Part shown: positions 53,857-64,000 of the stretch, one piece after another
Numbering within the stretch: the first letter of the stretch is position 1
Layout of the letters: every line of letters starts with the position of its first letter
NCBI RefSeq assembly: GCF_021869535.1
Contig: NW_026262734.1
Location: 52,204,001 to 52,268,000 of the forward strand
Length of the DNA stretch: 64,000 nt
Origin: Mytilus californianus
Lineage: Eukaryota
Direction of reading: 5' to 3'
Program-made: the position numbers and the translations under genes
Notes under the pieces: model-generated
What the model saw: only the letters and a program-made list of their open reading frames with translations
What the model was told of the DNA's origin: nothing
Databases searched by the model: none

Positions 53857-54249
53857 ATGGATCTTTCAGCAGGAATTGCGATGATGTTTAAAAACTACGA
53901 AAGATTCTCTTGTGACAAACATTTACAAAGAGATTTGATGGAAATTTTCAATTCAATTTTGAATGCTGACTCCGTGAATACACGGCGTCTTCTGGAGAAA
54001 CAATCGGATGTTAATATTAAAACCAATCTTAAAACAACAATCTTGATGTTGATATGCCAATCTTTTCCTGCAAATAAAGAAGATGACGTGTATTCTTTGG
54101 TTGTGTATTTGCTAAATAGAGGAGCAGATGTGGATGAAGTTGATGTCTTTGGAAAGACCGCTATCAACTATGCAGAAAGCAATGGATATTCAAAAACTAA
54201 AAAATTGCTTTTGTCATGTGCCTTGATTGACCGATTCAACCTCGTATAA
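53857..54249 (+). CDS. Mini-ankyrin-repeat protein, copy E (130 aa)
   Basis: ATG at 53857 in context cttaaaATGG (the ORF track starts 3 codons earlier at GTG). Intact 393-bp ORF. Confidence 0.85.
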   Translation: MDLSAGIAMMFKNYERFSCDKHLQRDLMEIFNSILNADSVNTRRLLEKQSDVNIKTNLKTTILMLICQSFPANKEDDVYSLVVYLLNRGADVDEVDVFGKTAINYAESNGYSKTKKLLLSCALIDRFNLV

Positions 54250-54821
54250 GCCAAGATAGGTTTCATATCATATAAACATTTCTACAGATGCCAAAATAAT
54301 GCGGACATATATTCATAAGGCGAATAACTTTTGTTGTTTCCTCATGGGAAAAAGGAATGCTTGTTGGAGACTTGAATAATTGTGTCACATTTACAATCCT
54401 TATTATTGATTTTTCAAACGAAGGGTATAAGACAGCATCTGCATTTGAGTAAATCAGCATTTAAACTTATACCAAAAGTTTTTTTTTTAGATTTTACATA
54501 AACAAAGCATGTTTTTCATTGGTGTTTAATATCAAAACATTCAAACAAGCAGTACATAAACATGAAGTTGAGAAATAAACCAGCCATTTTGTAATATTAT
54601 ATTATTTTCTGGAATGTAGGATATGTGTTGAAATATTCTAGGGAGTTGAGATGCAAAGAGATTCATACACATTTGTGATTTTTCCATTTACCATTTTTCA
54701 TTTTTCTGTGAGTATATTCATGCGCATGCGTTCGATTCATTTGTCAGTTTGTTCAGTATATTGTATATAGTATTATCAGTTTCAAATTAAAAGAAATGTA
54801 CATTGTATAACTTGATATTCA

Positions 54822-54827
54822 AATAAA
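54822..54827 (+). terminator. Putative poly(A) signal of copy E
   Basis: AATAAA after tgtacattgtataac, conserved context. Confidence 0.5.
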
Positions 54828-57800
54828 AGATAATATTGATTCACGACGTTTTTATTTATAATTTACTAAAATGATTAAGGATGGATACAAAAAGGAAGAA
54901 TTTTGGCATTTTTAAGTCTATCAGAAGAACCGGAATAGTCAGCAGAAAGTGATTTGATACTATGCCTCTCTTTGACGTATTTGTAAAATTTAATGTTGAT
55001 TTTTTCTTAATTTATGTTCTCTTTATCTACCTTAGTTGCAAACACACAAAATGAAAACAAAAAACAAAAACAAAAACAAAAACATTATCATCCAGGTAAA
55101 CGACATCTATCAATTTTGATTGACTGTTTCAGCCATATGTACTTATAAGTAGATCTTATATTGTTGATCATATCACTATATACCATTTCTCTCTATGTCT
55201 CAGATAGTCAACACAAAAACACAAATACTGATAACTGTCTTTCAATGCAAATAACTCCTATAAGGAGTCGACACACGATTAGGAGTATTTTTACTCCCTT
55301 GTTTTTCACTCTTAAATTATAATAGTTACATATTGTCTCTATTATACAACACATTTTACGGACAGTAACTGATATGAGGAGTTGGCTGAAAATTTCGACT
55401 ATTTGATTTACTTGGAGATCATATGTTGAATTAGTTGATCATTTTGTCAATTTTAGTTTCAATCTAGACGATCTAGTTTCTGAAATAACACACAAAAAAA
55501 AAAAAAAAAATAAAAAACACGGTCAATCGTCACTCCAGAGCAAACATTCCTTAGTAGATTCACGATTTTTGGTCATGCTGACTTTTTCAAGATGATGCTG
55601 CTTATACAGTTCGTAAATTGAGATGTAATAAGGGTAAACTCATGATTACCTTGAATAAACTTATTCGTACAGGTTATTAATTTAACAATGCAGTACAATT
55701 ATTGAATAGTGTCTTTATTGGTACTAACATTAATTTTGTTGTTTAAAAAAAAATGAATATTACTTACTATGTTTTACTAAACAGTTATGAAACCAAAGGT
55801 CCTATACCTTGTCGTTACAATGTACTTTTATCATAATATTGCACTAGTTCATAAGATCATGAAGATTCTCAGGTTGTTTTAAACGTTTTTTTTTAATAAA
55901 TTCGTTGGATGTGGATTGTTTGAAAATTTAGTCTGGAAAAACCATGTTTATTTATTTGTTGTAATTGGATCTGAACTAACTTTCAGTAACTACGAGTACT
56001 CTTAGATTGGTAATTTTTGTCTTTTGACTTTTTATTAGTTGTCTTTGTGTTTAGAGAAGTTCTGTAGATTCAAGCGGTTGATTTGCAACATAAACTTAAA
56101 GTAGGTTCATTTGTTGTTTTGTTAAATCACTGTTCCAGAGAATATAATTGACATTTAACCCCATGACATTCTGTATGTGCCTGTCCTAAGTTGGAAGCCT
56201 TTAACACACTGGTTGACGTTAGTTGCTGTCAGTCAAATTTGTTCTTGGTTTATTAGTTAAGTATGATTTGGATCGTATTGGCTTCTTGTTTGAAATGTTT
56301 CATATTGTGTCATGCCGGGGTCTTTTACGCAATTAAATTCATTATCGGAAGATGTTTCATTTGAAATCAATTCACATATCCTCATTATCGTATCATTTGT
56401 ATATCTTGTATTACTGACCATTTTTTGGCAGATACTGTTACCCTCTATCTATTATATATAATAGTTATTAAGATAAAACCAAAAACGCAAAAATGGTAAA
56501 ACCTTTCATTAAAATCTTTTATACCAATATTGATTCATCTCACATTCGCGGTCAACTTAAGTATTGTAAAGTAAGAAGATCTTTACATTCTGTACATTTC
56601 TGTACCTGTCAGAATTTGCCTTACCTAAAACTGTTTTCGAGATAATAGACAATTTTTGCATTTTACCCTTATTATGCTTTTGTCATGGTTTTAGCGTTGG
56701 CAGTCATTTTGGTTGGCAGCTTAAATCACCGGACACATATACAAATATATATTTACCCTAAACTAGTACTGGTTATTGTCCAGTAACTTCAGGTAGAGAG
56801 GTGGTAGCAAAAGTTGAAGGACAATGGTAAATGATGGCCACTAACAGACGACGACGATGGACGATGTCAGAACTGACTTCAAGTGACGAAAATTGCCTAT
56901 ATTATCACTTTTGGCCAGGTGAAATAAAATCGTTCTATTTCAATTTTTTAGATAACTAGAAATTCTTTTCATCTTGAAATTTGACTTATTTGGTGTTTGA
57001 TAGTATTGTACTGTACCTTTTCATATCAGTCGGCTACTATATCTGACGTCTACATCTTAGCATTGATTGATTGGGAATAACACATGTATTGTAAAAAGAA
57101 CTGTTCGTTGATTCTAAAACAACAAATGTAGTATCAAGACGGGGAAAATAAAGTGCCTTCTATTTTTTGGTAAATATAACACTTGTTATATCAGATGGAT
57201 GACTCAGATGTTGCCTTGAAAAAACACTTCAAATTCACGACACTGAAAAATGTAATGGATAAAATTGATTCAACTACCAGCACAAAAACAAATAATTAGT
57301 TGGAATTTGACAAGTCATTTTCATCATTGCACGCTACTTGACATTGTTGTTCTAGCACGTTAATTTTAGAATAATATTAGTTGTGAAGAGGTATTATTGT
57401 CCTTTCATTTCTTCTGTTCTTTACAAATGTTTCGATTGTGTGTATGTATTTTTTATCTAAACAATTTGAGATTTTGCATTCATTTAATGATTATCAAGAA
57501 TATTGCGTTACTGACAATCAATGTAAGCATTTTTTAAGAATAATATTCAAAATGGTCCAACCCACCATTTTCTTCAGAAAATGCCTATTCCCAGTCAGGA
57601 ATATGACAGTTGTTTTTCACATGTCCCGTTGTTTGGTAACGTTTGATTTTGTCAGTTTTATGGACTTCCCTTTTTTGAATTTGCCTTGGGATTCTGTATT
57701 TTTGTTATAATTTTTCATTTATTAAATTTGGTTGTCGATCAATTAATAACACGTCTACTAAATTCATTTAAATTCTGTTTTACATAAAAGTTGTAATATA

Positions 57801-60800
57801 TTGATAATATCAAATAAGTTCAACAATTGCGCATACTGAAAGAAAGCTTCAAGTACATGTACTCTCTATAGACTTTCTGTTGACTTAATACCGTCATTGT
57901 AACTATATATTTCCTTATGAATATCAATTTGATAATACATTTATACATGTTATATAAGACGAAAGTCAATTTACATATTTGCACTTTTACCAATGTAGAG
58001 GTGGGCCTTTGGGCTTTGCTTCTATCCATTCGAAATTGGATGTTCCAACGACATGAGGGGTTGTTCTTGTCTTAGGTTTGCTTTTTCTTTTAGTTTCCCT
58101 GATATCTTATGTTCTTTTATTCCCACACTTTGAGTATCAAACGTGGCTTTTTCAAGATGCACTTCTTGAGCAAATTGAATCGATATCACACATTCATGCT
58201 ACGGTTCGTGTTCCTCTCTAGATATTAATTTTCAACACTTTACCTTTTTTTTTAGAAATCATATTTGCTAATTGAATATTTATCAATGCTTCTCTTACCT
58301 TCAAGTGGATCATTTGATATGTTGAATGTCAGCTTCAAGACATGTGCGCTAGATGAGAGTACGATGCCCTTTACTTAGGATACGTATTTCGTTGAATAGT
58401 TGACATCAAATTCAAACAGACAGAAACATTGTATCAATTTAAAAAACGTAACCATGATAACCCTGTTTCGGCGATATGGTTGATAAAACTTACATCTCAC
58501 CGGAAAAAAAATTGTCTCAATTAATCAACCTTGATGACTGGTTTTTGATATGACCTTTGAGGGGTTTTTTGATGAATTTCTGAACCTTTCTATGTTCATT
58601 AATAGAGGCGGAAAATTGTTACGTGGAATAGAGCCAATAACAAAAAAAAAATTAACAGGCTAAGGATGAATTGTATTATTAAATCAAAGTTTTATCATGT
58701 TTTACATCAATTTGTTGTTTTTTTTTAATGTTTTGCCAGATGTTTTTCAATATTCTTTGCTTAGGATCGGTTGAGAGCACACATGAAGGCAATTGGTGTC
58801 ATTAATAATTGGGAGCATCCCATATATATAAGTTCTGGTCCGTTAAAGGAATAAGTAGAATATGTTTTCCTGTTAATATCAATTTGATAATACATTAATA
58901 TCAGACGAAAGTAAATTTACAAATTCGCCGTTTGACAATGAAGAGGTGGATTTACATGTACATGATGTAGAGATGCAATTAATAAATTGTTTTGCTGTTT
59001 GTTTTTTGAATTTCTGTTTGTTTGGTTAATTCTCTTCTTTTTTGGTTAGGGATGAAGGGTTTACTTTTGGTTCCCATTGTTGAATGAACTTTTGTTCCTA
59101 TCCATTCGGCATCGGGGTTTGTTCTTCCTTTGGGGTTTATCGAGAGGGGTTAATTTTTGTTTTTTGGTTTAGTTTCTGATTGTCTTATATTGTTTGATTC
59201 CCACACGTTTTGTTTCAAACGTGCCCGTTTTCAAGAAACACCTCTTGTGAAAGTTGAACCGGTATCACACATTCATGCTATGTTTCTTGTTACTAGACAG
59301 CTTTTAATTTCAGAGACCTTCTTAATCTGTATATTTTTCAATTGGAGTGTCAGCTTCAAGTTTCAGACATTCAATTCCCTCATCGTAAGCTATGTATTTC
59401 GTTAAACAAGGAACATCAAATTCTAACAGGCACAAACAGTATCATGTATCATGTTTTAACAAAATTATTATGACAGTACTGTTTTTATGTGAAAGGGTTC
59501 ATAAACCTTACTCATTTACATAATCTTAGTCATTTCCAAGTTTTTTTCCTATTCGAATTTTGTGAACTTTTCTTTGTTCATTGAGGGAGGCTGAATTTGT
59601 TTATGTCGAATAGAGCCCATAACCAAAATTCTAGTTCGCTTTGAGTTTGATGAAGGCCACTATTTGACATTTGAGCGAACCTTATTAATTCAAATTTAAA
59701 AAGCCCAAGTCTCAAATATGGTCGAGCATTACTTAAGGACGAATCATGTATTAATATTCTTTTTTCATACTGTTTCGTATTGTTTATTTAGAGAAACAGT
59801 ATTATTCCGAACATAACATATTGTACACGCTGTATATTGTTGAAGACGGCGTGTCGCTCTCTAGATTGTATTTGTATTTGTTAAATATTTTTGTTGTTGG
59901 GTGGCTGTTTTGTAAATGTAAAATTATTATCTTTTGAACTGTACTTCACCTCGTACTCCATTGGTGCCAAATTTATTCCATTTACATGTACAAATGTCTC
60001 TTGTTAAAGTCTTATGCTTTATTAAATTATTAAACATTCAAAACTGAAAAGAAATTCGCAGTCCCCTTTTACTTATTGGAAAATCATGCTTTTGTATTTT
60101 CTTCTTTTTAAGGCTTCCGAGCATTGTGTGTACTTTATGATTCGTTTGTGTTTAATGTCCAGTGTGATATATATGGCTGTGTTTTTCTTTGTTAATGTTA
60201 TCATCGTTCATTGTACGATACATTTCTTTTTTTGTTTGTTTTTTTTTTTGTGCCAAATGTATATGATACATGTGTTACTAGTTTTTTTAAGACCACGTGT
60301 CGTATGAAATAAGTGGTAGTGCATGTTTAAAGTATATGTGTCCAAAATCAATTTCTAACACTTCGATCATTAGAACATGTGCGTATATTCGAGATGATAA
60401 TTGGTAATTTTAAATCAAACACATGTTTCTCCCTTATGGATTGTATCATTTTAATTTATGGAAAGTCAATAAAGAAATAAAACCGACATGTGTGTTGGAT
60501 TAACGTGCCATATGCCATGCGAGTATATATTTAGTGATACCGCACATGTTGGGCTTAATCGTGACTATTATATTTTTTCTGAATCTAGAATAAAACATTG
60601 TAAAACGATGAATTGAAAAAATGAAATAAAAAGAATAAAAAAAAAAAGATGCACACACAAACATAAAACACAGAAAAAAAATATTTATTAAATATCAAAC
60701 CATACATACATAACAGAAAACAAAAACAAATAGTTCTGTTATTGGGTTTTTATTCTTTATAGAATGTTATCTTGAACTTGCAGTGTTATACACAATTTTG

Positions 60801-61631
60801 ACTCATGTTGAAAGCCTGAATTTGACTATGAGATGAATTGCAGGCACAAACACTATTCATTTCTTTGTGGTTTTATCTGTATGAAAATAAGAAGATGTGG
60901 TATGATTGCCAATGAAACAAATCTTTCTCAGATACCAAATGACGTAGATTTAAGCCACTATATGTCAACGTACCACAATTACATATATCATTCCATGTTT
61001 GATTATCTATAGGGATAGTAGATACTGAAAAATAAAACATATAACTTGCATAACGAAAGTGCACGGAGAATATATGGAATGATCAGTGTTATATTTGTTA
61101 TTCGATATATTACATGTAGTTATAATCAGTTACACAATTTTATGAGATGTTTTTTGCAGTCGACTTTTTAAAATGACTGTTTCCTAACTTTTGACATTTA
61201 TTTTATTGTTCGAGTACATAATTTTTTTTCTATTCGCAGTTTTAATTCATACTGTATGGATCATTTAAAAGACTTGTTTTTCTTATGTTCATTTAACTTT
61301 ATGTTAATAAACTTATATATATATATAGACATATCAGTACAATGTGAAGAATTAACTACCATGGGATTATAAATATTGTAGTCAATAGAAACAAATGATA
61401 GAATATGTTTCTCTGATAATTTATTCTGAACATGCTGAGTGTAGTGTTCCGAATGAATATAGTGGAAATTTACACGAAAGAAATTTAATCAACGTGTTTT
61501 TATGAAATTTCTCAACCTCATTAAAACCGGGTCAAATGCATACAGAATTAGAGAAACTGATCAGTATAATCTTATAAAAGAGACGACATTATTAGGTAGG
61601 TTTTACACCTTCACACGATTAAAATAACAAA

Positions 61632-61690
61632 TCTTGCAATCTGATTGGTAGAAATAACCTAGAGGGTTTTCAACAGAAAAGTATAAACGT
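61632..61690 (+). promoter_or_regulatory. Core promoter of copy F
   Basis: 17-mer at 61632-61648; TATAAA at 61682-61687. The upstream GGATATCGTTTTCATTTACAC block is missing. Confidence 0.5.
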
Positions 61691-61750
61691 TAGACTGAAA
61701 ATACAAAATATAATAACTTCACTGGCTAGTCCTATCAGTGGGTGCTTAAA

Positions 61751-62278
61751 ATGGATCTTTCAGCAGGAATTGCGATGATGTTTAAAAACTACGAAAGATT
61801 CATCTGCGAAAAATATTTACAAAGAGATTTGATGGAAATTTTCAATTCAATTTTGAATGCCGACTCTGTAAAAACGCAGCGTCTTCTGGAGAAACAATCG
61901 GATGTTAATATTAAAACCAATCTCAAAACAACAATCTTGATGTTGATATGCCAATATTTTCCTGCAAGTAAAGAAGATGACGTGTATTCTTTAGCTATGT
62001 ATTTACTTAACAGAGGAGCAAATGTGGATGAAGTTGATGTCTTTGGGAAGACGGCTATACACTATGCAAATGCAATGGCTTTTCAAAAACTAAAAAAATA
62101 CTTTTGTCATGTGCATTTATTGACCGGTTCAACCTCGTATAAACCAAGATACGTTTCATATCATATAACCAGTTCTACAAATGCCAAAATTATTCAAAAG
62201 GCAAATTACTTTCGTTGTTTTTTTTTTCTCGCGGGAAAAGGAATGCTCTTTGGAGACTTGAATAATTATGTCGCATAA
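61751..62278 (+). pseudogene. Mini-ankyrin copy F, 1-bp deletion near 62068 giving a frameshifted tail
   Basis: tatgca-aatgcaatggc vs tatgcagaaagcaatgga in paralogs. The native-frame stop is at 62140-62142 (392 bp instead of 393), and the native tail GFSKTKKILLSCAFIDRFNLV is intact but out of frame. Confidence 0.7.
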
Positions 62279-64000
62279 ACAATCGTTATTATTGATTTTC
62301 AAAACGAAGGGCATAAGACAGCATCTGCATTTGAGTTCATAACTATTTATACTTTATTTAAGATTTTACAAAAACAAAGTATGCTTTTCATCGGTGTTTA
62401 ATACCAAAAAATTGAAACAAGCAGTACATACATATAAAACAAGAAATAAACCAGCTCCTTTTTTTATATTATATTATTTATTTGAATGTAGGGTATGTGT
62501 TGAAATATTCTAGGGAGTTGAGATGCAAAGATATTCATATACAGTTGTTAGTTTTTCATTTACCATTTTTCATTTTTTGTGTGTATATTCATGCGGATGC
62601 TTTAGATTCATTTGTAAGTTTGTTCTGTATATTGTATATATTATAATCATTACCAATTTAGAGAAAGTACATTGTATAACTTAATATTCAAATATATGAA
62701 AAAATATTGATTTTCTACTTTTTATCAATAATTTAGTAGCATGACTAACATGACAAAGGCGTGGTACAAAAACGTTGAATTTCGACATTTATAAGTCTTT
62801 TATAAGAACCGGACAATTCAGCAGAAAGTGATGTTGATACTACGCCTCTCTTTGACGTATTTGTAAATCTTGTTTTCTTAATATTGTTTCTTTATTTACC
62901 TTAGTTGCAAACACACAAAATGAAAAAAAAATATCATCGAGGTAAATGACTCCTATCAAAGTGGATTGACAGTTTCAGCCATATGTACTTATTAGTAGAT
63001 CTTATATTGTTGATCATTTAACTCATGTAGTCAACATAAAAACACAAATACTTATAAACTGTCTGTCAATGGATATAACTCCTATAAGGAGTCGACACAC
63101 GATTTGGAGTATTTTGACTTCACTTTTTCCAATCATAATTTACTTAACATTTGTAGTATTACATACTGTCTCTATTAAACAACACCACAAATCTCTTTCT
63201 CGAACAGTTAATGGCATAAGGAGTTGGCTGACATTTTTAATTATTTGAATTACTTGGAGATCATATTTAGTTGATTATTTTGTCCTTTATATGTTATTTT
63301 CAATCTAAACAATCTTGTTTCTGCAACAACAAAAATGGATAAAACTATCGTCACTCCAGAGCAATTAATCATATACTTAGTCGACTCACGATTTTGGCCA
63401 TGCTGACTCTTTCAAGATGATGATGTCTATACAGTTGCGATTCGTGAAAACTGATTGTTCTTTTGAATACACTCATTCATACAGGTTATTAATTTAACAA
63501 TGTAGTACGATAATTGAAAATGTTCTTTATCGGCACTAACATATATTTTGTTTTTAATAAGTTAAATATTACTTACCATGTTTTTCTATACAGTTGTGAA
63601 AACAAACAGTCCTACACCTTGTCGTTAAAATGCACTTATATTATAAGTGTGCACTAGGTTGCAACGAGTCCTCATCAATCGGTACTTCGTGTCTTTTGTT
63701 TTTTTTTTAATTAGCTTTCTTTGTGTTTCGAGCAGATCTAATGATTCAAGTGTTTCATTTCCAACTTACATGTATAAGTTGTGCTGTTAAACCACTGTTC
63801 TAATCTATAGAGATGACTCATTGTTGAAGGCAATACGGTGACCTATAGCTGTAAAATTCTATGTCATTTGGTCTCTGGTAGAGAATTGTCTCAATAGCAA
63901 TCATACCACATATTTGTATTTTTATATTAAACCCCACAACATTTTGAATGTACCTGTCCCAAGTCAGAAGCCTTTAAATCACTGGTTGACGTTAGGTGAT

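Larger units (their letters stand above)
25600..64000 (+). repeat. Tandem segmental duplications (~8-kb core unit, one mini-ankyrin gene each); 1-9300 is homologous
   Basis: Anchor gcacgtgtcgtgtgaaa or variants at ~3726, 25866, 38794, 48282 and 60293, lying 1.4-1.8 kb upstream of each ATG once unit-specific insertions are subtracted. Confidence 0.85.

Noticed and set aside
53895-54167. Antisense ORFs over real coding regions (also 18634-18930, 50852-51190, 51575-51772)
   Set aside because: Shadow ORFs of the ankyrin genes and the L1 ORF2.

Overview
Very AT-rich eukaryotic DNA. The repeat content points to a bivalve mollusc, probably Mytilus (inferred from recalled repeat motifs, not from a search). 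The window is built around a tandem array of intronless genes for ~130-aa mini-ankyrin proteins, all on the + strand. There are four intact close paralogs (7445, 27700, 40581, 53857), one recently frameshifted copy (61751), one divergent paralog (18428) and a probable decayed seventh copy (~10484-10830). The close paralogs sit in ~8-kb segmental duplication units that share a CCAAT-TATA promoter and a poly(A) signal. The units are expanded by unit-specific mobile DNA: two L1/Tx1-type non-LTR retrotransposons, Penelope-like RT fragments, a Tc1 relic and MITEs. Several type I hammerhead ribozyme (HHR) motifs of the Penelope/retrozyme kind are present. One is fully intact (52995-53038), inside a 536-bp-period partial-tandem element that was later split by an L1 and lies just upstream of a mini-ankyrin promoter. 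A 29-bp minisatellite with higher-order structure has grown inside an interspersed repeat. No rRNA, tRNA or CRISPR array was recognised.
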